Position numbers and translations under genes: made by a program
Assembly: GCA_019661895.1 (NCBI GenBank)
Contig: JAIFWO010000001.1
Coordinates: 1,181-65,180 of the forward strand
Reading direction: 5' to 3'
DNA from: Candidatus Parcubacteria bacterium
GTDB lineage: Bacteria > Patescibacteriota > Minisyncoccia > Phycocordibacterales > Zambryskibacteraceae
Length of the DNA stretch: 64,000 nt
Shown: in pieces, positions 19,895 to 29,197 of the stretch
Position numbering within the stretch: the first letter of the stretch is position 1
How the letters are laid out: every line of letters begins with the position of its first letter
The notes under the pieces: model-generated
The model's input: the letters and a program-made list of their open reading frames with translations, nothing else
Told to the model about the DNA's origin: nothing
The model's database searches: none

Positions 19895-19968
19895 CCCGTT
19901 AGAAATTTACTAAATAAAATATTTATCATTAATCTTACCTTGACTTCTTTGACTTGTTTATTTCTAAC
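19895..19968. repeat. 12-bp inverted repeat (cccgttagaaat / atttctaacggg) flanking a ~50-nt AT-rich spacer between the SBP gene and the pilin-like array
   Basis: The inverted repeat is perfect. It could be an operator, attenuator or processing site. Confidence 0.4.
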
Positions 19969-19973
19969 GGGAT

Positions 19974-21260
19974 TCATTGCGATTCTATAATACTTCTCAT
20001 TGTACCATCGGCGGTCGAGAGTGCCTCGCCGCTCCTGGCCCGGCCCGAGGTCACCGAGGTGATCATGTCGGCAAACAGGCTCTTAGTCTTAACGGGATTA
20101 GGATCGAGCCATCCCTTAGACTGTATAGCCGCATCGTAGAAGATGGACTGCACTCCGTCCCCAGGCTTGTTGGAAAGAAGATCGCGCCTGGCTGGAGGCA
20201 AGCCGACGACGGAAGCGAGCGCCGAGACAGAAGCGCCTGAGGCGAGCTTGGTAGCGGCCACTAGGTCGGCCGCCTGGTTCCTGGAAGTTCTGACCAGAGC
20301 AATGCCGTACAGCTTGCCGTATGTCATGGTCTTCCCCGCCACGCGTGATTGAAGGACGGGGGTCACGCCGACGCTTAAATTGGGATTCTTGGCCTTCAAT
20401 ATCGGCAGCTCACTGGCAAAGCCGATGTAGAGAGCGCTGTCGCCAGAGACGAAGTTGGTCTGGGCGGAAGAGAGTGAGCGATTCCAGCTATAGAAGGGCT
20501 TGGCCGGGTTAGCAAACTGAGTGTAGAAGTCGAGAGCCGCCTCGCCCGGTGGCACTGGGAGGTTGAAGCTCTGGGTAAACTCGGGAGTCAGCCCGCCGCT
20601 TTGCATATCGGTAATGGGAGTACCGGCTTGGAGCATGAGCAGAGAGAGGATGTCCTTGGCATGAGGGATGTTGGTGGCCTCGCCGAGAGCGATAGCACTC
20701 TTCTTGATATTGCCCGCGGCATCCTTAATGGTGAGTTTGTCGGCGTAAGCGTAGAGCTCGTCCCAATACTTGGGCGCTTGGGCGATGGCAGCGCTATTCA
20801 ACAGGTCGCGATTGGTATAGAGGACAAGCGGGTCGACAAAGAGCGGCAGGGCGTAGATGCCCGAGAGGCTGGTGAGGAGGCGGCCCTCGTCTATGAAGGT
20901 CGAGTCGAAGTCGCTTTGCTTCACAGCACTAAATGGGATGAGGGTAAGCTTGTTGCGCTCTTGCCACACTTGATCCTGGCTCACGATGACGAGGTCCGGT
21001 CCGCGGCCCTCGGCCAGGGCTCCGGTAAACTCTTCGTCGAAGTTCTCCGGCGAGATCTCGACATAGTTAATGGAGAGGGTGTTGTCCTGACTCAAGGCGG
21101 CCGCGTTCATGAAGTTCTGGAAGTCGGTGATAGAGACCGGACCCCAGATGGTGACGTTGGCTACGGCCTTGCTCGAGCCCTTAGAGAGGGAGAAGACGAG
21201 AACGCCCGCCACAATAGCCACTCCGAAGATAGTAAGAAGGATGATCTGGAACTTGGACAT
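19974..21260 (-). CDS. extracellular solute-binding protein (ABC-type family-1 SBP-like), membrane-anchored, orphan
   Basis: An N-terminal TM anchor is followed by a periplasmic-binding-protein-like sequence. There is no adjacent permease or ATPase. Confidence 0.45.
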   Translation of the reverse strand: MSKFQIILLTIFGVAIVAGVLVFSLSKGSSKAVANVTIWGPVSITDFQNFMNAAALSQDNTLSINYVEISPENFDEEFTGALAEGRGPDLVIVSQDQVWQERNKLTLIPFSAVKQSDFDSTFIDEGRLLTSLSGIYALPLFVDPLVLYTNRDLLNSAAIAQAPKYWDELYAYADKLTIKDAAGNIKKSAIALGEATNIPHAKDILSLLMLQAGTPITDMQSGGLTPEFTQSFNLPVPPGEAALDFYTQFANPAKPFYSWNRSLSSAQTNFVSGDSALYIGFASELPILKAKNPNLSVGVTPVLQSRVAGKTMTYGKLYGIALVRTSRNQAADLVAATKLASGASVSALASVVGLPPARRDLLSNKPGDGVQSIFYDAAIQSKGWLDPNPVKTKSLFADMITSVTSGRARSGEALSTADGTMRSIIESQ

Positions 21261-21655
21261 GCTTACAAATATTGTAGCACCTGTTTGACAAAAACAAACT
21301 GTTTGTATAGAACAGAGCTAGCGAACGCTCATTGGAGAGGCATATGCGCCAAAGGGTAAGGAACGAGGATATCTACGACCCCAAGCTCCTTCGGAAGAAA
21401 AAGGGGCATCGTCAAAGCAAGGTGCAGGTCTGGAGGCAACTGCCAGTCAAATGGAGAATTGTCATGGCGGCAAGCGTCCTTGGTCTCTTTGGAGGGCTTA
21501 CTTATTTGTCCTTTAAGCCTAACGGCTTATTCTCGAGGACGCAGAACCTCTTCGCACAACAAGTAGACAGGATCACGCCGCACCACAAGCACCGCACCAC
21601 CTCAAGCAAGAAAGCGCCTGTACACGAATCGGGTCCGTAACCACGGGCCTTTTTG

Positions 21656-24091
21656 TTATAAACAAATAAGCGAAGCGAGGCGGTCCCCTTCGCGCAGCTT
21701 CATAATGCGCACGCCTTGGGTCGAGCGGCCAAGGACCGGAATCTCTTTGATATCGACGCGCACCACTTGGCTCTTCTTAGAAATAGCGACGACCTCAGCC
21801 TCTTCCTCCGTCACGATCTGTGAGGCGATCACGGGTCCGGTCTTCTGCGTCACCTTGGAGGTAAGTATGCCCGAGCCTCCCCTGCCTTGGATCTTGTACT
21901 CACTAAGCTTGGTGCGCTTGCCATAGCCGCTGGCAGAGATGACGAGCAGGTGGGCGTCCTTCCAAGCCTTCTTGATGGCATGAGCGCCGATGACTTCGTC
22001 ACTCTTATCGAGCTTCACCCCTCTTACGCCGCCAGCGGTCCTACCCATCTCGCGGATATCCGACTCCTTGAAGCGGATCGACATGCCCTCCTTCGTCACC
22101 ACCGAGACGTCGTCTCCCTTCTCCACATGCGAGACGGAGATAAGCCGGTCTCCCGCATCAAGGCGGATGGCGATGATGCCAGAGGAGCGCACATCGTGGA
22201 AGGATTTGGCCGAGACCTTCTTGGTCGTGCCATCCTTGGTGACCATAAGGAGCGAGCCCTCAATACTCTTCAGGCTGTTGGGCATGGGCAAAATGCTTGT
22301 CACGCGCTCATCGTCTCCAAGAGCGATAAAGTTGACGATCGACTTGCCCTTGGTGGCGCGCTTCCCCTCCGGGATGTCATACATCTTGATCTTGTAGGCC
22401 TTGCCCTTGTCCGTGAAGAAGAGGAGATCGGAGTGAGTGGAAGCAGTGAGGAAGCTAGTGACAAAATCTTCTTCCTTAGTATCGAGGTCGACGACGCCGA
22501 CGCCGCCGCGCTTCTGGCGCTTGTACTCGTCTGGGTTGGTGCGCTTGATGTAGCCGCCACTTGTTAAGACCAGAGCATTCTCCTCATCGGCAATAAGGTC
22601 CTCGACCGAGAGCACTTTGGCCCCGCCCTTTATCACCTTGGTGCGGCGATCGTCTCCGTACTTCTCTTGTACGTCTACCAACTCCTTCTTAATGAGCGTG
22701 CGCATCTTCTTCTGCGAGGCAAGGAGCTCGCGCAGGGAGTCAATAAGGATTTGTACTTCTTTGAGCTCGTCCTCCACCTTCTTCCTCTCAAGACCGGCGA
22801 GCTTCTGCAAGCGCATCTCGAGGATCGCTCCGGCTTGCAGGTCGGAAAATTTGAACTTCTGCATCAAATTGCTCTTAGCCTCCTCCACCGACTTCGAGGC
22901 GCGGATGACCTTGATCACTTCTTCGATATGGTCGAGAGCCTTCTTCAGGCCAAGTAAGATGTGCTCGCGGGCCAAGGCCTTCTCGAGGTCGAACTCGGCG
23001 CGGCGCTTCACCACCACCTCACGATGCTTGATAAATTCTTGGAGCATCGACTTCAAGGAGAGCGTCTGCGGCACGCCGTCGACGAGAGCCACGAGGTTGA
23101 AGTGGAAGACTTCTTCGAGCTGTGTGTGCTTGTAGAGGCTATTCAAAACTTTCTGCGGCTGGCTCCCCCGCTTTAGATCGATGACGACGCGAATATCTTT
23201 GGTAGATTCGTCGCGTAAGCCGTTGATGCCCTCAATCTTCTTCTCTCGATGAAGCTCGGCGATCTTCTCGAGCAGGGTCGACTTATTGACTCGGTACGGG
23301 ATCTCGGAGACCACGATCTGGAAGGCTCCCGCCTTCGTCTCGACGATCTCGGCCACGCCGCGCGTTACCACGCCGCCGCGGCCGGTAGCGTAGGCGTGAG
23401 CGATATCCTTCTGATTAAAAATAATTCCTCCCGTCGGGAAGTCGGGACCCTTGATGTATTCCAAAAGGTCGTCGGTAGTGGCCTCCTCGTCGTCAATGAG
23501 ACGTACCGTGGCGTCGATGACCTCGCGCAAGTTGTGCGGAGGGATGTTGGTGGCCATACCCACGGCAATGCCGAGGGTGCCGTTAAGCAAGAGGTTGGGT
23601 ACCGCAGCCGGCAGGACGGCGGGCTCCTTCTTGGTCCCGTCGTAGTTGGGGCGGAAGTCGACCGTGTTCCTCTCGATATCGGCGAGAAGCTCTCCGGCAA
23701 TCCGGCTCATCTTGGCCTCGGTGTAGCGGTAGGCGGCGGCCCCGTCGCCGTCGATCGAGCCGAAGTTGCCTTGGCCGATGACCAGCGGGTAACGCGTGGC
23801 GAAGTCTTGAGCAAGCTTGACCATGGCATCGTAGACCGAGGCGTCGCCGTGCGGATGGTACGAGCCCAGCACCTCTCCGACCACCGTGGCGCTCTTACGG
23901 GTCTTGGCCGTGGCCGAGAGGCCGATCTGGTTCATGGCAAAGAGAATGCGGCGATGCACCGGCTTGAGTCCGTCGCGCACGTCGGGCAGGGCGCGATCGG
24001 TGATCACCGACATAGCATAGTCGATAAACGACTCCTTCATCTCGGAGACGATCGAACGGGCTACTACTTTGTCGTGAGTCTTATCGTCCAT
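21656..24091 (-). CDS. gyrA: DNA gyrase subunit A
   Basis: The N-terminal segment reads [29 protein letters not shown]. The active-site Tyr region and the C-terminal beta-pinwheel repeats are present. Confidence 0.95.
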   Translation of the reverse strand: MDDKTHDKVVARSIVSEMKESFIDYAMSVITDRALPDVRDGLKPVHRRILFAMNQIGLSATAKTRKSATVVGEVLGSYHPHGDASVYDAMVKLAQDFATRYPLVIGQGNFGSIDGDGAAAYRYTEAKMSRIAGELLADIERNTVDFRPNYDGTKKEPAVLPAAVPNLLLNGTLGIAVGMATNIPPHNLREVIDATVRLIDDEEATTDDLLEYIKGPDFPTGGIIFNQKDIAHAYATGRGGVVTRGVAEIVETKAGAFQIVVSEIPYRVNKSTLLEKIAELHREKKIEGINGLRDESTKDIRVVIDLKRGSQPQKVLNSLYKHTQLEEVFHFNLVALVDGVPQTLSLKSMLQEFIKHREVVVKRRAEFDLEKALAREHILLGLKKALDHIEEVIKVIRASKSVEEAKSNLMQKFKFSDLQAGAILEMRLQKLAGLERKKVEDELKEVQILIDSLRELLASQKKMRTLIKKELVDVQEKYGDDRRTKVIKGGAKVLSVEDLIADEENALVLTSGGYIKRTNPDEYKRQKRGGVGVVDLDTKEEDFVTSFLTASTHSDLLFFTDKGKAYKIKMYDIPEGKRATKGKSIVNFIALGDDERVTSILPMPNSLKSIEGSLLMVTKDGTTKKVSAKSFHDVRSSGIIAIRLDAGDRLISVSHVEKGDDVSVVTKEGMSIRFKESDIREMGRTAGGVRGVKLDKSDEVIGAHAIKKAWKDAHLLVISASGYGKRTKLSEYKIQGRGGSGILTSKVTQKTGPVIASQIVTEEEAEVVAISKKSQVVRVDIKEIPVLGRSTQGVRIMKLREGDRLASLICL

Positions 24092-24094
24092 TGT

Positions 24095-24430
24095 TTATTG
24101 TTCATTACTCAGAGCTTGATCGCGCGCTTCTTGGTAGCCACCGTTCAATTGGCTGAAGCCTGACTTGAAGGCCTCGAAGGAAGACTCTACTCCGGACTTC
24201 AAATTTTCGAAAGGGGTGACGCCGTCTGGCACATTCACGGCCTCGCCGGCCCCGACGACTGCGGCAAGATTATTTTGATCTTCCTGCGTGGCGACCACGC
24301 TCGTCTGGCCGAAGTGCACGAACGACCAAATGGCAAAGATCATGAGCGTCACTGCGCCAGAAACCGAGAGCGCGAAGGCTCGTTTGTGCGAGTGGGGTCT
24401 CTCCTTCATTGTTTCGATATATTTTCTCAT
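24095..24430 (-). CDS. hypothetical membrane-anchored protein
   Basis: ORF with one TM segment. Confidence 0.3.
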   Translation of the reverse strand: MRKYIETMKERPHSHKRAFALSVSGAVTLMIFAIWSFVHFGQTSVVATQEDQNNLAAVVGAGEAVNVPDGVTPFENLKSGVESSFEAFKSGFSQLNGGYQEARDQALSNEQ

Positions 24431-24436
24431 ATAAAT

Positions 24437-25000
24437 TTATTCTTCTTTAAGCACGATAATCTCCCCTTCCTTGCCCTCCAAATCCTTCTTCTTGATCACG
24501 AGTTTCTCTAAGGGGCTTGCTACCTCGCTGCCGCCCTCCTTCAGAAACTTTTTCAAGCTCTCTTTATCATAATGCATCGGGATAGAGATGCTCGGCTCGA
24601 GCGAGACGGCGAGCTTGTACGCGCCCTCGGGCGTGAGCGTATCAACCGGCACGAAGAGGATATCAATGTCCTCGAGGTGCTCCTTGGTCTCCTTAGGCAA
24701 CTCGGCTTGGGTGAGCGGTCCCAAGAAGCACATATTCATCCCCTCGAAGCTCACCATATAGATGGTGTTGATGCGCTCACCGCTTTTAGAAAGGAAGCCT
24801 TTAATGCCAATATCCTTCACCTCATACTCGCCGGGGCCGTTGACGATAAAGCCTTTGCCCCCGCCGGCAAACTCGGAGGAGCTTATGAGAGTGATATCCG
24901 AGGCGCTGCGCGAGTTGGTGGGGTTGACTGAAATAGAGAGCTCGCCTTGAGAGATTTTGAAGGCTTCGCCTCCTTGGTACGTGACTATCATAATCCTCAT
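24437..25000 (-). CDS. MBL-fold-like protein lacking the canonical His metal-binding motif
   Basis: The layout resembles UPF0173/MBL hydrolases (MIVTYQGGEAFKIS...IDILFVPVD). The HxHxDH motif is not evident. Confidence 0.3.
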   Translation of the reverse strand: MRIMIVTYQGGEAFKISQGELSISVNPTNSRSASDITLISSSEFAGGGKGFIVNGPGEYEVKDIGIKGFLSKSGERINTIYMVSFEGMNMCFLGPLTQAELPKETKEHLEDIDILFVPVDTLTPEGAYKLAVSLEPSISIPMHYDKESLKKFLKEGGSEVASPLEKLVIKKKDLEGKEGEIIVLKEE

Positions 25001-25080
25001 TTTAGCATAAAATCCGAGCTTTTACCAGCCATTTTGTGGTATAAAAGGACTAGAACTGTTCCCCATCTCACGGAGGCGAG

Positions 25081-25473
25081 ATGCCATACCTAGCTCGCAA
25101 GATAGGTCGTGACTCCGCAATCATTTTTGCCATTGTGGTTGTCCTCATCTTCGCCTTGGCTCGACTTTCAAAAGCCCAAGAGCCGGCAAGGGTGGCGCGA
25201 GACACGACCACGACGAAGATCTGCGCCCAGTTTATAAGTCTCGGTGATCCATTTCTGGAATCCGACAACACCATCGCTCTCTTTGTCAGACGTGATGGTA
25301 ACAAGGACACGACGCTTCTCGCGCCGAGAAGAGTCTACAATCGGCATCAGATCATCTTGCTGAATTGGTACAATTTCGTCTACGCCGACAATGAGCTTGT
25401 CGACTACAAGGTCTTACCGTTCCGCCGTAAGTGTCCGGAGACATATCAGGCCCAAGCGACCCCTACTCCGTAG
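25081..25473 (+). CDS. hypothetical secreted/anchored protein
   Basis: ORF with an N-terminal hydrophobic segment. Confidence 0.3.
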   Translation: MPYLARKIGRDSAIIFAIVVVLIFALARLSKAQEPARVARDTTTTKICAQFISLGDPFLESDNTIALFVRRDGNKDTTLLAPRRVYNRHQIILLNWYNFVYADNELVDYKVLPFRRKCPETYQAQATPTP

Positions 25474-25501
25474 GGGTCTTTTTATGACTTTATAGATGTG
25501 C

Positions 25502-25530
25502 TTGACAAGAAATTAGAATAGGTGTATAAT
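25502..25530 (+). promoter_or_regulatory. consensus sigma70 promoter (TTGACA-17-TATAAT)
   Basis: Both hexamers are perfect with a 17-nt spacer. It drives the 25537-25896 transcript. Confidence 0.55.
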
Positions 25531-25536
25531 AGTACA

Positions 25537-25896
25537 AGAGTGGATAACCCTCTGGCACAGCTGTAGAGCTAGTGCTAGTGTAGTCCATAGACCCGTTCCT
25601 CAATCAACCCATCGACAAATGGAGGCTCGACGTTCACCCAAGGCCAACCTTGGGCTCGCAACTACTCCCACCGATGAATCGCGCTACCGGTCCTTACGTA
25701 GTCCTCACCTCCAAACCGGTGCGCACCGCGACAACCGAGAAAAATCGTTTGATTCAGCTCGCAGACGCGAGCCGGCAGTCAGAGGCCACTGAGCCCGGGT
25801 GCCCGCGATCGACTTCAGAAAGTCCGATCGCGGGCCTACCCAAACGCGAAGATCCAACCCCACCCACCCACGCATTGCGTGGGCTTGTTATTTATG
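25537..25896 (+). ncRNA. candidate ~360-nt GC-rich non-coding RNA or structured rpsA leader, bounded by consensus promoter and intrinsic terminator
   Basis: No convincing ORF lies within it. A perfect 15-bp hairpin sits at 25801-25835, and a terminator (cccacgc-att-gcgtggg plus a T-rich tail) sits at 25867-25896. Confidence 0.4.
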
Positions 25897-25992
25897 TTAA
25901 TTTAACTTGGTTCTTTATTACCCCCGCTTTTCGTATCCCCTCTTGCTTCGGCAACCATTCATAAGCCAGAGGGCCGGGAGCGGCTCAAACAT

Positions 25993-27087
25993 TTGAACGA
26001 TACACAAACACTCGACCCCGTAAACAGCGAGGTCATGCAGAAATTAATGCTCGAGGTCCCCGAGCCACCCAAGCTCGATGACGTCATCGAGGGACCCGTC
26101 ATAGCCATAGACAAGGGCGCGGTCTATATTGACCTGCCCCCCTTCGGCACCGGCATCATCTTCGGCCGAGAGTTCATGAACGCTCGCGACATTATCAAGA
26201 AGATCAATGTGGGCGACACGGTAGCCGGCAAAGTGGTCGGCATGGGCGGCCTTGAAGGCTACATCGAGATCTCTCTCAAGGAGGCCCGCCAAGCGCTCAT
26301 CTGGAGCGAGGCTGAGGAAGCTATCCGCGAGAAGCGCGTATACGAACTGGCTATTACCGACGCCAACAAGGGCGGACTGATCATCAATTGGCAAGGCATC
26401 CAGGGCTTCCTCCCCGCTTCTCAACTCAAGCCGGAGCACTATCCTCGCATCGCCGATGGAGACAAGGATAAGATCCTCGACGAATTGAAGAAGCTCGTGG
26501 GCGTGAAGCTCTCCGTCACTATCATCGGCGCTACGCCGAAGGAGGGCAAATTGATCTTCTCTGAGAAGTCGCCTGAGACCAAGAATAAGGAAAATATTAT
26601 TGCCAAGTATACGCTTGGCGACGAAGTAATGGGAGAAGTGACGGGACTCGTCGACTTCGGCATCTTCGTCAAACTTGAAGAGGGCTTGGAGGGCTTGGTA
26701 CACATCTCGGAGATCGATTGGGGCTTGGTCGAGAATCCGAAGGCTATGTTCAGGATCGGCGAGAAGGTCAATGTCAAGATCATCGAGATCAAAGAGGATA
26801 AGATCTCCCTCTCTATCAAGGCCTTGAAGGAGAACCCTTGGAAGGAAGCCTCCGAGAAGTATAAAAAGGACGACGTGGTCGACGGCGTGATCATCAAGTA
26901 CAACAAGCACGGCGCCTTGGCCTCGATCGAGGAGGGTGTGGCCGGCTTGGTCCACGTCTCGGAGTTCGGCTCGGAAGAGAAGTTGAAGGAGAAGCTCGAA
27001 ATGGGCAAATCCTACCCCTTCAAGATCACTCTTTTCGATCCTAAGGAGCAGAAGATGGCTTTAAGTTTCGTAGAGAAAAACAAATAG
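25993..27087 (+). CDS. rpsA: 30S ribosomal protein S1 (reduced, ~4 S1 domains)
   Basis: Repeated S1-domain signatures are present (GxVxGxV...GLVHISE...). Confidence 0.85.
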   Translation: MNDTQTLDPVNSEVMQKLMLEVPEPPKLDDVIEGPVIAIDKGAVYIDLPPFGTGIIFGREFMNARDIIKKINVGDTVAGKVVGMGGLEGYIEISLKEARQALIWSEAEEAIREKRVYELAITDANKGGLIINWQGIQGFLPASQLKPEHYPRIADGDKDKILDELKKLVGVKLSVTIIGATPKEGKLIFSEKSPETKNKENIIAKYTLGDEVMGEVTGLVDFGIFVKLEEGLEGLVHISEIDWGLVENPKAMFRIGEKVNVKIIEIKEDKISLSIKALKENPWKEASEKYKKDDVVDGVIIKYNKHGALASIEEGVAGLVHVSEFGSEEKLKEKLEMGKSYPFKITLFDPKEQKMALSFVEKNK

Positions 27088-27110
27088 AAAATAGTTAATA
27101 AGAAATAACA

Positions 27111-27140
27111 AAAACTCTGGACTCTCCAGAGTTTTGTTAT
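27111..27140 (+). terminator. intrinsic terminator of rpsA
   Basis: The hairpin aaaactctgga-ctc-tccagagtttt is followed by gttattt. Confidence 0.65.
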
Positions 27141-27374
27141 TTGGTCGAAAGGGGTTATGGTAGAACCAGACACAACAGTGGAGATCCCATGGACGCAGAA
27201 TGGATCGTCGAATATGACGGACGCCCGCGCGGTTGGATCCGCGAACATCACGGACAAGTGACCATCCCGGGAGAATCGGAGGAGGTCGTCCGCCGAAGAG
27301 CGGAGGCCGACCTCGGCAAAGATTACATCATCACCAAGATATATCGGGATACCAAATCCAGCACCACGGCCTAG
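27141..27374 (+). CDS. hypothetical small protein (77 aa)
   Basis: Good SD (aaagggg) and ATG. First gene of the small-gene cassette region. Confidence 0.4.
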   Translation: MVERGYGRTRHNSGDPMDAEWIVEYDGRPRGWIREHHGQVTIPGESEEVVRRRAEADLGKDYIITKIYRDTKSSTTA

Positions 27375-27434
27375 CCGCGGTTTTATTTATACTACGATAT
27401 ATCGTAGTGACAATGATAAAGAAAAGCCCATCTC

Positions 27435-27662
27435 TCATTTTGAAAGATGGGCGCGGAAGAGGTGCGTGAGCGGCGGGCTCCAGAGGTTCGTGCCCTCGTG
27501 CTGGAAATAGCCTTGCAATTTCTGCACACGGCACTGCTCGCACTTAGCGTCAGTGCAATCATCCATGTGCATGGCGTTCACGAATACGATGACCGGATTC
27601 GTATCCATCGGCGGAATATCCGGACACATTGTTGCGTACTGCACAGCCAAGTGGACTGACAT
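27435..27662 (-). CDS. small Cys-rich hypothetical protein (75 aa)
   Basis: It has its own TTGACT-16-TATAAT promoter (minus strand, 27690-27717), RBS AGGAG and a downstream terminator at 27385-27430. The Cys cluster reads C..DDCTDAKCEQC. Confidence 0.45.
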   Translation of the reverse strand: MSVHLAVQYATMCPDIPPMDTNPVIVFVNAMHMDDCTDAKCEQCRVQKLQGYFQHEGTNLWSPPLTHLFRAHLSK

Positions 27663-27689
27663 GGGCGATCTCCTGTTGAGTCTGGCGCA

Positions 27690-27717
27690 ATTATACTAAT
27701 TTTATAAATTAAGTCAA
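27690..27717 (-). promoter_or_regulatory. sigma70-like promoter for the 27662 gene (TTGACT-16-TATAAT on minus strand)
   Basis: Sequence read as the reverse complement of 27690-27717. Confidence 0.5.
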
Positions 27718-27732
27718 GAAAAGCCGCCCATA

Positions 27733-27963
27733 TCAGGCGGTCGATTCCGACTCCTTCATGATCAAGAAGATGGCTATCGAGGCGTTGTGTGCGCACTTGT
27801 CATTCCAGCACTTATCGCACACGCGCTTTCCACTACCATCATCGTAGAACGCCGCATCCTTCCTCGTAAAATCTTTGACACGGCAGATACCACAGCGGAC
27901 AATCTCCGTATCCTTAAACTGTGCCACCGCATCGCGGTAAGCGGTCGAACGCGGGTTACTCAT
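27733..27963 (-). CDS. small Zn-ribbon protein (CxxC...CxxC), 76 aa
   Basis: The first pair reads RCGICRV and the second RVCDKCWNDKC. A terminator follows. Confidence 0.45.
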   Translation of the reverse strand: MSNPRSTAYRDAVAQFKDTEIVRCGICRVKDFTRKDAAFYDDGSGKRVCDKCWNDKCAHNASIAIFLIMKESESTA

Positions 27964-28001
27964 ACTGCCTCCCCTCTAGTCTGCATTCAGAATATGCCTA
28001 T

Positions 28002-28058
28002 TTGTAAAAACTTCAATGGAGTGATAGGGTCGAGATAGACCCCTATACCGAGGACACA
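28002..28058 (+). promoter_or_regulatory. cassette promoter/leader L1 (TTGTAA-17-TAGGGT; GGTC-N6-GACC; GAGGA RBS)
   Basis: It is homologous to L2 over about 50 nt. Confidence 0.45.
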
Positions 28059-28625
28059 ATGCACATCCTTCTACCGAAGATTTATCCAGCCTCCCTACCT
28101 GGCCGTTACACTTTCTTCTTGCTTGGACCCATTAAAGGCGGCGGAGCGTGGCAACACACTGCTTGTCTCGAGCTGAAGAGGCTGATACAACAAGAGCCGT
28201 TACAAACGGAAGACTTCACTGTCGTCGTCCCATGCCGCTGGCAAGCCGATCATGCACTTGCACAATATTTTATCCCTGGTATTCCTCGAGATGTACGCCA
28301 GACTGACTGGGAACGTACTTACCTAGAGAAAGCGGCTACGGACACCTGCGGTTGTATCATAGGCTGGTTGCCCTGCGAGGATAAAATAAATCCTCGTAAC
28401 GACGGTCAGCCATACGCACGAGATTCATACGGTGAGATTGGTGAGTGGAGAGGGAGGATGATGTGCGACAAGACCTTGCACTTTTGCCTCGGCGCAGAAG
28501 AAGGCTTCCCGGGCCTCGATGTGATGAAGAGCAATTTCGAACTAGCTCTCAACCGTCGGTTCACTATCTACGGAAGTCTGGACGAAACGCTTCAGAAGGC
28601 TTATGAGATTGTCGATCCTGCTTAG
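28059..28625 (+). CDS. hypothetical protein with nucleoside 2-deoxyribosyltransferase-like / SLOG-like N-terminal motif (YTFFLLGPIKGGG)
   Basis: The assignment rests on motif resemblance only. Confidence 0.3.
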   Translation: MHILLPKIYPASLPGRYTFFLLGPIKGGGAWQHTACLELKRLIQQEPLQTEDFTVVVPCRWQADHALAQYFIPGIPRDVRQTDWERTYLEKAATDTCGCIIGWLPCEDKINPRNDGQPYARDSYGEIGEWRGRMMCDKTLHFCLGAEEGFPGLDVMKSNFELALNRRFTIYGSLDETLQKAYEIVDPA

Positions 28626-28645
28626 AAATTAAGTGGGATTTTTGT

Positions 28646-28699
28646 TTGCAAAAATTCAATCAGATGATAAGGTCAGAATAGACCAACAAGTGAGGAACA
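28646..28699 (+). promoter_or_regulatory. cassette promoter/leader L2 (TTGCAA-17-TAAGGT; GGTC-N6-GACC; GAGGA RBS)
   Basis: It aligns with L1: aaaa-TTCAAT-..GATArGGTCnnnaTAGACC..GAGGA.CAATG. Confidence 0.45.
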
Positions 28700-29155
28700 A
28701 TGATTACTTATGCAGAGACCCAAATCGCGCCTGAGGATCTCGTTCTCTTCAGATCTATCCGGCATACAGTAAACCATCTCCCGCAACTTGACCTCGGTGC
28801 CACGAAGGATGGAAACGACGTCGAAATGTCATGCCACCTGCTTGCCGAGGCCGTTGCTCGAGTATGGAACCTCGAGGTTGCACATGGCGTCTTCCTTAAA
28901 GGATACAACCACAGCTGGACAGTCACCTCTAACAAAAATGTCATCGATGTGTACCCGGTGGCATCAGTTGGAGGGCCAATAATTTACGACGGATCAGCCC
29001 TGACGGTTCTCCGTCAACTATTCAATCCCTTCTCGCCGTCCAATATCGAAGCGAGGTATGGGAAAGACTTTGGGAGCATGTGGTTTGAAAGGGCTGTTGA
29101 CACCTTGGCTCTCCAACTCCACAAACTTTCACGCCTCTCCCCCGCTCAGCAGTAA
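28700..29155 (+). CDS. hypothetical protein (151 aa)
   Basis: ORF with RBS. A terminator (cccgctc-agcagtaa-gagcggg + T-run) follows. Confidence 0.4.
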   Translation: MITYAETQIAPEDLVLFRSIRHTVNHLPQLDLGATKDGNDVEMSCHLLAEAVARVWNLEVAHGVFLKGYNHSWTVTSNKNVIDVYPVASVGGPIIYDGSALTVLRQLFNPFSPSNIEARYGKDFGSMWFERAVDTLALQLHKLSRLSPAQQ

Positions 29156-29197
29156 GAGCGGGGATTTTTATTTTGTGATACCTTAATACGCAGAATT

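Noticed and set aside
20601-21359. 252-aa ORF on the plus strand
   Set aside because: It lies entirely antisense to the SBP gene 19974-21260. It is a Gly/Asp/Glu-rich shadow translation with no RBS.
25474-25992. tmRNA (ssrA) searched for in the long intergenic region
   Set aside because: There is no tRNA-like acceptor/T-arm pair and no tag-peptide reading frame. I found no resume codon or ...AA-stop pattern on either strand.
26005-26040. Possible fifth copy of the motif (GGGGTCGAG...TATCGTTCAAA on the minus strand in the rpsA leader)
   Set aside because: Only the GGGGTCG block matches. There is no hairpin 2 and no block 1. This is likely a chance similarity.
26044-27008. 303-aa and 189-aa minus-strand ORFs inside rpsA
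   Set aside because: They are antisense to a confidently identified S1 gene. These are typical shadow ORFs in a GC-rich frame.
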